Positions 15,046-27,121 are shown, numbered from the whole stretch's first letter. The stretch: 46,136 bases of DNA, filler included, from Catajapyx aquilonaris (GCA_000934665.2; 2 parts of 2 records of this genome joined end to end with filler, not necessarily neighbours in it), one strand, 5' to 3'. Translations and numbers: made by a program. The notes: generated by a model not told the origin, from the letters alone.

Positions 15046-16356
15046 AAAAAAATGAGAGAGGCGGTGGAGAGGGGGGTTTGAGCTGGGGGGAAATGGGTTT
15101 TCCGAATGAGGCGATTGGTTCTTAATCCTAGGGGATTATGGGAGCGTGGGAGAAAATGCAACCCGGGACATGTGCGTCCTGCAGGATTTTAAGTGCGCTG
15201 GTTTTTGCCGTTTTTTCGGGAGCGGTGGGTTGGTTTCATTTGTCATGTTCTACTTTGCGATTTTGCTGCGGGAAATTTTGGCATTGCTTTTTTTTAAATA
15301 TTAGAGAGTGTTATTAACACAGGTGGCTAGATTCAGTATATCTCACATAAGTTAGGTGTCGTCAGTAGTTTGTGATTTGTGTAGTGTTTTTCCTTCTAGG
15401 GACAGAGCGTAACCACGACACCAAACGATGTCAACCGGGGAGGTAAAAAGCAGTTCTTGTTTAGGTATGCTTCCATATGTGGTCCCCGGTTCGAAACTCG
15501 GGAACCATCACTTTTTAGCACCTCCTTTTACATTTTTTTGTGTTGTGCTGTAATTTTTTTTATTACATAAGCATACTCTCTATCTATCTCCATTTCTCTC
15601 TATCCCTGGCCACACGGATGAGTGAACCGACCGAGAGCTTCTCCTCGTGTAAAAGGAGTGCTCCCATTTTTTTGTTTGTGCTTTTCCATCACCAAGTGGT
15701 ACATAGTTCACTACCACCTTTGGTATGTAGAACCCACCGCCAAAGTTGGACCACCCAACAATGAATTCCGTGTCGCAGACTAAGGTTTGATGACAATGTG
15801 GGGCTCCCAATGGGCATCGCGCCTATCATTCTACTACACCCACCCCAAACCTGTATACCTATAAACCACCCCCCTCACTATGCCCACTCTATTTTGTCCG
15901 TCTTGGCATAATATTCCGATGGGATTGGCGGACAAAACAGCTGGGGTTGTTTGCATGGTTGCATAAGTGCAGGAGGACCACGCACTCTATCTGACATCGA
16001 CCTGACACACATTCACACTCATCTCCACTTACAAGATGGGCTCCTTCTTTGTTTTGTTTTGGTGCATCGGTCGTTTTCTACACCCTATGTAAAACCATAG
16101 TGTACGTTGTATTTAGGCGAATTACAGTGCGGTGTGAGATATGACCAATAATAATTGCAGTACTTGCATTTTAATAGCGTGCAGCCTCCTGGCGTTTGAC
16201 ATAAGGCAGATTGACTGTGGTTATGTCAAATGATAGACAGGTGGGCAAAATTGTAACTAAAGTGGACACTAGTAACTCCTTCCGTAATCTAGTAGCATAT
16301 TTGTCTAACCCGTGACGCAAACAGCACATGACGTTGATTCCTTTATCTTCTTGCAG

Positions 16357-19300
16357 GTCTGCGCAAAGTGTACCCGTACTACTTCACCTTCACAACGTTC
16401 ACCAAAGGTCGCTGGGTCGGGGAACGCATCCTGGAGGTGTTCGCCCGAGAGTTTCGAGCCCATCCCGCCGAGGAATATGTGAGTTGGCACAGAAGAACAG
16501 AAACATAACCAATTATACCCTCCGTTTTTATTGTGTGTGTGTCTTGCCGGACGAACCGCGACCAATTTCCGTCCTTTTTTTTGTGCGTTCAGGAGAGATG
16601 CATCAAGGCGGGTACCCTGACCGTCAACTACGAGAAAGTGGACGTGGACTACCACCTCAAGCACAACGATTTGCTGGCCAACGTGGTGCACAGGTTAGCA
16701 CGAGTCACGTCGACAAGGTGTCCCCCCTCACATGTAGAAATTTACGTATCACATATACGAGATCGCGGGTTGTTTGTATTTTTTTATTTATTTTTTGGTC
16801 AAATTCCAACAGTTTTTGCAGTCACGTGCTCGTGGCATGATACATATAGGCAACAATTTTCAATATAGAATTTGACAAGTTTGCATGTGACAATGCCATT
16901 TTGGATTTCTCAGCTGCACTTTTCAGAAAGAGCTCGTTTCCTGTGTCACAAACTGCCTCCTATAGGTTCTACCTTGAACTCACCTCTGTTGGAATAGTTA
17001 TTTTTCTATAGTCCTATAGCCGCCTTCCCACATGGCTTCCGGCGGACTCCGGCTTTTTTACTCTAGTTATTTGTTTCTTTCTCCTCACAGAATTGTTTTC
17101 GTTACTGTAATTTTGGTGACACTTGCTACATGTGCAGGGACTGGCCGCTTGGAGACGTGCGGATCATCCCATGGTTTTTTTAGGGGACGAAAGGAAAGGT
17201 CATTTTGGAACATGACCTCCGGCTCCACGAGGTGGTCTGGCCATTTGCCACATTTAAGGGGATACAAAAGCATATCAAAAAAAACGCGCTATCTACCGCG
17301 ATATAGAGTGCTCTTTGCCGCTAGTTGCGGTGTACCCCAGTTGTGGCAAAGACCCAAACCATCCAGGAGACCCTTCCTGTTCCCCCCTAATCGTTTGGTT
17401 TTTGGGAGCGAGTTTAGCTGGAGAGCTGGAGATGCAAGCTGAACGGGACCCGAACCCAAAATCCAAAAAAAAAAAGACAAATAAAGGGATTTTAAAAAAT
17501 GGCGCGAAAAGCGAACAGCGAAAAGGGCCAGCTGGACTCTATGCTGTCTTGTTGCAGGCATGAAGTTCCCGTAACCGCAGACCCCATTGCAATTATCCAC
17601 TTGGATGAGGACTTAGTGGTCGTTAACAAACCCGCCTCCATTCCTGTAAGTCGAACTGGAACGCGAGACGACCCCGAGACAAAGGAAACACTTTGCGCCA
17701 TCAAGTCGAGACCGTTGGATGACCGTTATTTAACCGCCTATTTTGAGCGGGAAATATTTGATTTTAAAAAAGTGTCCTGGATGACCCGACTTTTTGGGCG
17801 CGGAGTTCAAATCTTGGGATGTCTCACCTATTCTTGTCTCCTCTCACTGGCTTTCAAGTAGCAGAGTCTCATTGTGTACTCTCCCCCCCAGACCCCGAAC
17901 CCCCTCACTTATTTAACACTACCTATCTCAAAGCAACATTTCTGTCTCTCTTTCTCTCTCTTTTTCTCTCTCTGTCTCTGTGCCTTCTCTCTGGCTTGGT
18001 CACGTTGCTCGTCTCTGGACATTCTCCATCGTTCATCTCGTACCATCCTCATTGTTGTCACTTCGTTTTTTTTATATATATCCTCCTTTTGGGAAGCAGC
18101 CTCTTGTTTTCATCACCACTTTAGGCCAGAAGTAATTGTGCTGCAGGTTTTCAAGCTGTCACAGCATGTGCAGCCAAGTGAGTTAAATCAATTGCTGGGA
18201 TGGTGAGTTACAACAGACATTTGCGTGCGAGGCTGTAATTTTGCTGAATAGCCATCTAACTCCAGCCGGTTGCGCCTTATTTGCATACAGGATGAGTAAG
18301 ATGGCTGATCTGCGTTTACAAAGCGAACAATTGCGACGAAAGACACCGAGTGATTATCACCATCACTGCGAGAAACAGGAAATAACACTTAATGTGGATC
18401 TGTGTTTTTATCTCGCCCAATGAGGAATATTCGGCTGAATTGTAAACGCGTTGAGATATATGGTCCTGCTTGTAGTTACTGTGACGTTCCCATGTGAGTT
18501 AGGATCGCGGCAGTGTTTCTAAGGGGCCACAGAGTGAAATAGGGACTCGAGGCACGTTCTAGCCAATAAAAAGATGGCAGAGAAAAAGTAGCGTGGGGGT
18601 AATTTGTATCCTGAAGGGAAATTGTGAGCGATGAAAGTGTAACCAGGCTTCAGGAGTAATTAGTTAGGTGAGATGAAGATTTCCCAGGAGCCCTGGAGAT
18701 TGAGGCGAATTGAATCATATCTGGCCAATAAGGAGGGTGCTCGTCGATCGCGCATCAAGGTGGCCTCAGGCCGATCCATAAAGAGCCAGCCTGCAATTTT
18801 ACTTTATGTTTATAAGCAATTTAGCCTCCTTTTTAAGGCCACTTCTAGGACGAAATTCCATACTCTTTTGAATCCAAATTACTTCCCTTTTGATTCTGCC
18901 GCCCTGAATCAAGTTTTGAATCACGCTATGGTCAGCTTGTTTTTTAAGAAATAAAGGAAAAGTACCTGCTCCCTATTTTCATTTTGTGACGTAACGTTCA
19001 TTTGAATCGTGGGATGAAAACAAGTCATAAGACTGCTTCTCTAACCATTCCCTATACTACCCCCAAAATAATCAAATTATCCAGGGAAAGAACCCCCAAA
19101 AAAGATCTTTTTTTACATAATCGAGTAGTTAAAGGCTGAATCCCTGGAGATAAACAAAAGACCGGGCCTGAATTTTGTTTTTAAACCTTTCTCGAGCGAG
19201 CAAAAGAGAAAAGAAACATTTTTTTGTAACCAAAGCCCATGGAGGATTCGGGGCCGACGAAAAGCACAGCTGGAGCGTCCTTTTTGCCAAAAATAATAAT

Positions 19301-21951
19301 AACACAGTGCAGAACCTAGCAAAATGGGTGAATAGGCCAAAAAAAAGAAGTTCGGAATAAAAAAGCGCCTGGTTGTTGCATTTTTGCAGGCACGAAACGC
19401 CCGTCTTAGCCAAGCCCATCGAGATCATTCATTTAGACGAGGACTTGGTAGTGCTCGACAAGCCCTGCTCCCTGCCGGTGAGTCCTTACTCAGGCTCACT
19501 CCTCACGCACTCACTCACTCACGCATTGTTGCTGACCCCACACACCCAAACCAACCCACACATGTGATCCATGTGTGTGCTGCTCACTATTTACTTTTTG
19601 GTGCAATGCACTATTTTTAGAGCCCTGCACTGGGTCCGAAGGGTTTAGGATAGAGTAGAAAAGTGTCTGGGTGATTCGTAGTTGTGTGTGACTTGTCTTG
19701 TTGCATATTTCTGAATCACCCGGTGCCAGCCAGAAGTCGCACGGGCCATTTGCGCTGGTTTGTCACACACTTTTTTGGGACGTTTTTTTTCTTCCGATGC
19801 GTGGTGTGTACCCGGGTGTGTCGCGATGCTTGCGTTGCGTTGTCAGATTTTTCAGTTTCCTGGAGTTTATTTTGGCAAGGGTTAGAAACAACAAAGCGAT
19901 CCTTTTTCCTTCACCGTCCCGTCACACACACATATCATATACATAGCCTGGGAATCAACCGCCTAAATATTTTCATCCTCCCTGTAACATTTTTTCTTCT
20001 TTTCTCTATCTTCATTTTCTGGCCTTTTCTTTCGGGGGATTTTGTGTTTTATAAGGCGTAGGTACAAAACAATAACATTTTGGTTGAAGAACTAACTAAT
20101 ACGCAATGAGAGCAATAGGCAGTAGTGTATAATGTATGTCCCCGGGAGCAGTTTTTAACCGCCTGCTACCTGTGCATGCAACAGGTGCACCCGTGCGGAA
20201 GATACAGACACAACACGGTGGTCTTCATCCTAGCTAAGGAGTACAACCTGAAAAACCTGCGTACCATTCACCGACTGGACCGACTGACCAGCGGTCTCCT
20301 GTTGTTCGGAAGGCATCCGAAGAAGGCCAGGGAGATGGAACAGCAGATTCGACACAGACAGGTGCAGAAGGAGTATGTGTGTCGCGTCGAAGGACACTTC
20401 CCGGGGTGAGTATGGGAGGAATTTCTTGGCAAGTCTGGATGTTGGGAGAGGTCCGGGGGCACACATTGGGATGAGATAGGAGGCCATTCGGCGGAATTGC
20501 ACCGCCTCCTGGTGGGAGTAGGAACCGGCCTCTGGGGAGAGAGACCCCCGCAGGCTGTGTCTATTGTGGGGGAGTAGTAAGCTTTCAGAAGTTGTTTTCA
20601 TACTATTCAGGAGGTAGGGCGGTTCTAGGCATATGGGGCTTTGTTGTCATACGGCATAGACAGTGAATCCCTGGCGTGTGCAGTAGGACCTGGGGGACAA
20701 TGCGAGGCTGCAGAATACACATGTTCGTACAAAGTGCGCTGAATGCTGCGTTTCGAAAATCATTTTTGCCTGCGGTGCGCAGTATCGGCGTCGGAACGTC
20801 GTTGCTGGGGGTAATTTAGAGGTGCCTGGTAATTAGGTACAGGCAAGTATTATAGGGCATTGAGCAGCTGCTCTTGACGTCATTATAGGGCAGAGAGAGA
20901 ATGCGAATTTTCCGCCGTTTTGTAGCGGAATTTCTCACGTACACCGTATGCAAAAAAAAAAAAGTTGGCAATGATGGTCTGGCCACAACTGACATACAAT
21001 ATGTACAGAAACTTATCAGCTCATATTGTGCCCAGACTTTCACCTACGTCCTACGCACTCATGTGAAAAGACAGTGTGTAAAATCTATTAGGGTAGAAGC
21101 ATAGACCTTAGAGCTCTAAGGTCTATGGGTAGAAGGTTCTGCTTTTAGCCGGAAATATCTTCGTTTCGCTCTGAAGTTATCCATCTATATGGTCTTAATA
21201 GCCATAGTTTCATTGGCTCTTTCCCACTAAAACCTAAATCTTATAAGCTCGTCCATCAACGTTATATCTTACCGTTCAAATTGGAACTAAATCCTCCAAG
21301 GAGGTGCTGTTTGTTCTACCCGTGGACCAATGTTACACGCTGATTGCATTCTTGTATAGAACACATGAAAAGATACAAAAATCTCAATTCAATTAACTCG
21401 ATGCATTCGTCGGTTATGTAAACAGAATGTTTGAATTTGCATCTATAGAGTTCGCCTACGCTTTCAGGGGTGTGATAGAGTGCGGAGAACCGATTGAGGT
21501 GGTCAGCTACAAGATCGGCGTGTGCAAGGTGTCCTCGAAGGGTAAGGAGTGTCGCACTACCTTCCAGCGACTCTCCGGCAACGGACGGACGTCAGTGGTC
21601 CTCTGCAAGCCCCACACTGGTCGGATGCATCAAATCCGTGTGCACCTACAGTACCTAGGTACCAAAAATACCACCGTCCTTTCTTTTTTCCTAAGCTAAC
21701 CTGGGGTCCTATTGGTTCAGGTTACCCTGTGGTGAACGATCCGCTTTACAACCACGTGGTGTTCGGCCCGGACAAGGGCAAAGGGGGCCGAATTGGAAAG
21801 AGTGACGAAGACCTAATCCGGGACCTGATCAGTATCCACAATGCGGAAAATTGGCTGGGGATGGACGGAGATGCGGAGCTGTCTATGTTCAAGCCGGAAC
21901 CAACGGGACCTGTTGGAATCGCCTCCGCTGCTGATGGACCCAAAGATCAAG
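16357..21951 (+). CDS. RPUSD2: RluA-family RNA pseudouridine synthase (RPUSD2 / RluA-1/2-like), partial multi-exon gene
   Basis: GT-AG exons at 16357-16478, 16593-16693, [17558-17645 or 19390-19477], 20185-20405, 21468-21658 and 21721-21951 splice in consistent phase. They give GLRKVYPYYFTFTTFTKGRW...VVVNKPASIPVHPCGRY...IHRLDRLTSG (catalytic Asp at 20278-20280)...KEYVCRV...[24 protein letters not shown]. The start exon was not identified and the 3' exons are cut off by the gap at 23129. Confidence 0.95.
17558..17645 (+). CDS. RPUSD2: RPUSD2 mutually exclusive exon A (88 nt)
   Basis: ttgcAG acceptor and GTAAGT donor, phase 2 to 0. Encodes (R)HEVPVTADPIAIIHLDEDLVVVNKPASIP. Confidence 0.9.
19390..19477 (+). 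CDS. RPUSD2: RPUSD2 mutually exclusive exon B (88 nt)
   Basis: tttttgcAG acceptor and GTGAGT donor, same length and phase as exon A. Encodes (R)HETPVLAKPIEIIHLDEDLVVLDKPCSLP. Confidence 0.9.
21092..21135. mobile_element. 28-bp palindromic TIR remnant with 8-bp TSD (P-superfamily-like footprint)
   Basis: GGTAGAAG-[CATAGACCTTAGAGCTCTAAGGTCTATG]-GGTAGAAG. Confidence 0.75.
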
Positions 21952-23128
21952 GTTAGTTCTGCCAAAAAAAAAATATGTATTTGTATGGCGCTAAAAATGG
22001 GGAAATATCGAATGACGCTGCGATTTTGTTTAATGTGTTCCTTGCAAATCTTGATCGCATAATTGCAGCTGTCCTAAGGAGGATTAGCAGCGAAGTTAAT
22101 GTAACTGTCAGGAACACATTGTGGAGGGGGCTTGCCTCTAAAATGTTTGCCCTGTCGCGTAATCCTTATTCGGAAGTCGCAACCCTGCTCCCGGATGTTC
22201 ATATTTCCAAGGACGCCTGCTAAATTCAATTCCAGTCTTCCAGGAGAGGCAGCAATGCTGTGTAATCCGGGATGTTATCCTTGAAGGCGAGCAATGTGGG
22301 AGCCAGTGTAGGTTGAGGTCATCTAATCGCAAGGATGAGTGAATTTTGGATGAATTGTCACATGTTCATGGTCATTTCTCCAGGATAGTGCAGTGGATTA
22401 AACTGAAGAAACGAGCATCATTCAAGTGTCTTATCACAGAGCTCATCGCATTAGCGTAGCTTTTAGAGTGGGTAGCGGATTTTTCAGGCATGGGGTAGCC
22501 TCATTAATTGCGACTTGTATCACTTGACTGGAAGCTTCTGGGTTGAAACCGCATTGGAGCGGCATTACAGCTTCCGCTAATTAGGTCTAAATAGAGGGGG
22601 CGACAAAATGAATGAAACATGTAGAATGAAAAGCTGAAGTTGTTAGGAAGGGAGTAGGAATTGTTGGGCGCCTGTTTACAAGTCGTGGCCTTTTCACGCG
22701 ACTATGCCCAATTAACGCGTGAGTAAATGTGGGAGCAATTGGGAAATGTTTGTATGGAGGTGTTGTGCATCAGGTATACGTCACCTGTCGATCTCGGTAG
22801 TGATTTCAGCCAGCGTGACGGACGGTGACATCGGGCTCGAAAACAACGAAACGAGCTTTAGCTCCCATTATGAACACCAGAAGGAGAATTTATGGGCATA
22901 TATGTCCTTACAAATGACTCAGGTTGTATTTTTGATGACATCCATTACGCATATTTGTCATATTTTGGATTGGTACAACCGATATTGTCTTTGGGGACCG
23001 TGCGTGACAATAAGGTCATGGACGTTTTAAAATTTTTCGAAAATTAGCGTGACTTCGGCTTACGGTACGGATTATTCTAAACGTGTTGCTTTTAATTGGT
23101 ATTTTGTAATTTGATGATGAGGTCGATG

Positions 23129-23228
23129 NNNNNNNNNNNNNNNNNNNNNNNNNNNNNNNNNNNNNNNNNNNNTTAATTAATTAANNNNNNNNNNNNNNNN
23201 NNNNNNNNNNNNNNNNNNNNNNNNNNNN
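23129..23228. other. Artificial contig-joining spacer
   Basis: 44 N + TTAATTAATTAA (stop codons in all six frames) + 44 N, exactly 100 bp. Confidence 0.95.
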
Positions 23229-23293
23229 GAAAAAGACGAAAAAGACGAAAGAAAAGGGGGAGGGGGAAGAAAAAAAAATCGCAAATGGAAACG

Positions 23294-23396
23294 GGTCTCC
23301 GACGAGGCTCGAACCTACGAACCTATGACCCTTTGATCTTCTAAGACCGTGCTTTTATCTGTAAACAGCAGCGTTACCAACTGGGCCAGTAGGGCC
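23294..23396 (-). mobile_element. tRNA-derived SINE head / tRNA pseudogene
   Basis: A-box TGGCCCAGTTGG (23388-23377) and B-box GGTTCGAGCC (23315-23306), followed by a T-rich tract running into the gap. The acceptor stem pairs poorly, so it is not called a functional tRNA. Confidence 0.6.
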
Positions 23397-23665
23397 ACTC
23401 GACCTAGACTTGTTTATTACGTTCCAATTCGCCAATTATCCCCGTCGCCTTGGTTACGGGGCCACTTGTAATTGCTAATTACTCGACAATGCTTGAGTAG
23501 TGACGGTTGTCACTTTCACATATTCATACCTGCCCTACAATTGACCAGCCCTGTAATTTTGGGTCCGATCGGTGACATGTTGGTGCAGATCATTCCCTTG
23601 TTAGTCATAAAAACTTAAAGACATATGCTAATAAATCATCAAGTATTTTGGCTCTATCAATAATA

Positions 23666-24780
23666 CAGGGTTACCACAAAAAAGAAATAAACACTTTCAA
23701 CATTTCATAGAAACTGAAGTATTATTGATACACACAAAATACTTACATGGTTTATTAGCATATGTCTTAAGTTTTTATGACTAAGTTACTTTATAATGTT
23801 CTATCTGTGAGCTTTTTTGTCACATGACTGACATCAATGTGATAATGCAATTTATCTCAAACACATTGAAGAATGTCCTTGACAACACTCGTCCCAGCTG
23901 TTCCGAACTGTTATTTTCAATTGTTTTAGATCATTTACACTTACAGGAAGTGGATGAGCAAAACAATTGTCTTATTAGATATGTCCATATAAAGAAAAAT
24001 CACTACAACTTAGATTTGGACTTGTTGGTGGCCAACATGTCAGTGCCATGTTCTGGTCTGTTGAGGGGCCAAACTAACATCGAGGACAATTTCGATAAGA
24101 GGTAATTTTGAAACTACATGTGACAAGTGAGCTCCATATTGGTTGAAAATGAAGTTTTCACTGTCTTCTTGGAGTTGCGGCACAGCTGGATCCAAACCCT
24201 TGACATTGAATTATATTGTATTAATAATCGTCGTGTGACAAATGGTTCACACATGGTACATTAAATGTATGTCTTTCAGTTTTTATGACCAAGTTACAAA
24301 TTTTGTACAGTACCTTGGTCAGCATTTGATCATTTCTGCAACAGTGGTGCTAGCACCATTGTTGCAGAAATGATCAAATGCTGTTTTGGACTGTACGCCG
24401 AAGAATGATGTGCTCACCATCCATGGCTGCTGCAGTATGTGAGTGGTTGGTGTCCTCATACACACCGTAGCTAGTGAATGTGTTGCCAGACTACATAAAC
24501 CTGGAGTTACATAAAGCATAATCACCGCACTCCTTAATCGTCACTCTGATGTGCCATTTTTACCGGTTCATTTGGTTTTTGAGCTTTGGAAATGGTGCAA
24601 CTGGTCCAATTATGCCCAATTTCTAACATTTTTGTTCTGTTGACACAAGCAGAAATAAAAAATTCAGATTTCTGACAGGCAGTGTATAAGGCATTGAAAG
24701 TGTCTATTTCTATTATGGTAACCCTGTACTTTGGTTTCTATCAAACGTTGAAAGTGTATATTTCTTTTATAATAACCCTG
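23666..24780 (-). mobile_element. Degenerate Tc1/mariner DNA transposon
   Basis: TA-flanked imperfect TIRs of about 50 bp (CAGGGTTACC...CACTTTCAACATTTCATAGAAAC from 23666; inverse at 24734-24780). Decayed transposase C-terminus on the minus strand, about 24180-23790: PQLQEDSENFIFNQYGA (cf. FQQDGA), WPPTSPNLSCSDFSLYGHI (cf. WPPRSPDLTPCDFFLWG) and LHYHIDVSHVTK. Confidence 0.85.
24320..24383. repeat. 64-bp near-perfect palindrome
   Basis: CAGCATTTGATCATTTCTGCAACAGTGGTGCT|AGCACCATTGTTGCAGAAATGATCAAATGCTG, with one G-T mismatch. Confidence 0.95.
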
Positions 24781-27121
24781 TATATTCCTCGGTATATTCA
24801 CAATTGTGTCAGGTATGCGACAGACTTCAATATATTCACAGTGAACAAGTTCGAGTCTCAAAACATTAAACATAGTCTCTTTTTTTTGCCTTGATTAGAA
24901 AACATCTGTCACACCTGAAAAAATACAAAGAAAATTCCATCCCTCAAGGCTCGTTGCAGCTCAGTTTAACTGTACTACAGAAGTATGTAAGTGTCCCAAT
25001 ACAATTGCCTGAATAACTCTTTAATAAAAATTAGAACTTGTGATTTCATCATCAAAAAATTATGAGCAGCAGAGTATGTGGGTCTATTTATAACAAAGCA
25101 TTGTCCTTGGCCGTGATGTGTTGTTTCCATTGTGTTATGGCTAATTTTAAGTACTCTCAATATTCACACATGAACACAAACTTACAAGAAAGCCTACTGG
25201 TAACAAGATGGAAATACTAAGCAGCTTCGCCATTAGTGTGCATAAATGACCTGCACTTTATCAGAGATGCTATTCAATTCTTGTATCACAACGTATTTTG
25301 TCATTGTATAGAAAAACCCTTCTAGGCTGACACTATCACAATAACTGTTGCAGCCTTACAATCTGTGGGCTGTATGAAGGGGACAATGCAAATTCCCTAC
25401 AATGCAGTGCTGCCCAATTAAGAAGAGTTATCACAACCAGTCGGGGGGTTGTCAAAGTAATATCTATGGCTGCACAGGCCAACTAAGTAGTTGTTCAATG
25501 TTCCAGGAATCTAGCGCAGTGTGCCTTGAAATGTATCTGCAATATATTGAAGGTCAGAGTAGGGTGAGAAGTTTTGGATTGTTTATTCCTGCATCAATCA
25601 TGACAAGTGACTGTATTCCTGAGTGTTCCGCCCAGTCCTTTGCTTCTTGTTAAAACCATTCCCAAGGTCAACACTGCACAACTTCTCTCTCTTGAATTGA
25701 TGACTTAGGCAGTGCAGCATCTTGTAATTTTGGTAACAAACTATTTTCTTGTGGTGAGGGCAAGATGTTGCACATATTAGAAGTTGGCAAGTTGCAATGA
25801 TCGTGGATAACTTTAACATTCTGGTAACCAATGCATGTTATCATAACTTCACAAGAAAGCTTCTGGCTGAATTATCCTAGTCAAAGTTCACTGCTAGAAG
25901 TGACTTAGCAAGCAAAGTATTCTGCTCCACAACAATCCATCTGCATGTAGCAGTGCTGTGGATTTCTAGATGGATGTGGAAGTATTGCTTGGGATCATGT
26001 CTGTGGAATGCCTTACTAGCAGTTGTGAACAAGAGACAGAGGATCCTGCAGGTTGGAATGCCAAGGCAGGTCCTGCAGATGCTTATTATTGCTTACAAAT
26101 TTTTTAAACATTTATATCATTGTATACAATATATGATTTGGCAATATCATCATGAAGCCAGTTTACATGGTACCAAGTTCAAGGTGCTATCACTGGGACC
26201 TCTGGGGAAAGCTCACCATCCTAGCCATGTATTATATGAATGTTAAAAGTGATCCAATTATGAGTGCTCCTTGGTCAGCATGTGCTCTGTTAATTAATCT
26301 TTGAATTGCTTTGGTTTGGTTATGGAGAAATATTTAGACAGGGTTATTTTAATGCTCCTTCTAATCATCATGTAACTAATGTGCAAATTGATAGCCTACA
26401 TCTTTTCAAGCAGGTCATGTTATGCTTTCAAAGCAGCTCATGAATCACCAGTAGATACAGACAAGACAGACACCTGCCTCTGCTTGGCCATATTCAATGG
26501 TATACAAGGGCTGCTCTTACATCATAAATCAATGAAAGTCTGTCTTATCATTATTAGATAAAATGTGGCAGCTCGATGATGATGAAGTCACCATATGCTC
26601 AGCAGAGCAGAAAACCCCCGACTTGAAAACTCCAAAGTTGTGTCCCCCTTTGCCAACCAATGATTCATCCTATCCCTGGAAGTCGACTGCCCCTGCTTCT
26701 GCCCCACCTGACCTCTCGGCAAAGCCCAGACCATTGTTATCATTTCCCAATAACACAATGTTTTGAAACCTAGTACTTTGATATCGAGTTGAGATCGCTG
26801 ACCTTGAAAACACCCAATGTTTCTAATTTTCATGCCAATTCTAAATTTATTGTTCTGTCTTTATCAAACCCCGGGTCCATCATGGTGCATATATCCTGCA
26901 ATCCACAACAGTGATCCCATTACTAACCATTGTGTTCCAAGTCCATAGTGGTTGGTTATTTCTTGGCACTATGCTGATTAATAAATAGGCAATTGATTTT
27001 TAGGGTTCGTCAAAATAATTGCTGTCAGTAAAGCTGAACCAACCCACCCGCCAAGATGCCTTGACTGCCACACATACCTGCACCTGTTGCTGTCTGCAGT
27101 GGAGGTCCTTTGAGACCTCCA

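Noticed and set aside
15478..15510. tRNA-like GGTTCGAAAC T-arm
   Set aside because: No A-box, D-arm or acceptor stem. At most a relic.
1..16300. Many 60-180 aa ORFs in the ORF track
   Set aside because: No recognisable domains or consistent exon chains, and many start at non-ATG codons. Consistent with chance ORFs in intronic or intergenic DNA.
18290..18423. Possible third alternative RPUSD2 exon (RMSKMADLRLQ...)
   Set aside because: Open after an AG, but not homologous to the 88-nt exons and lacking a matching donor.
24961..26371. Box C/D pairs on the minus strand (25052-24961; 26371-26275)
   Set aside because: No terminal stems or recognisable guides, and such short motifs are expected by chance in AT-rich DNA.
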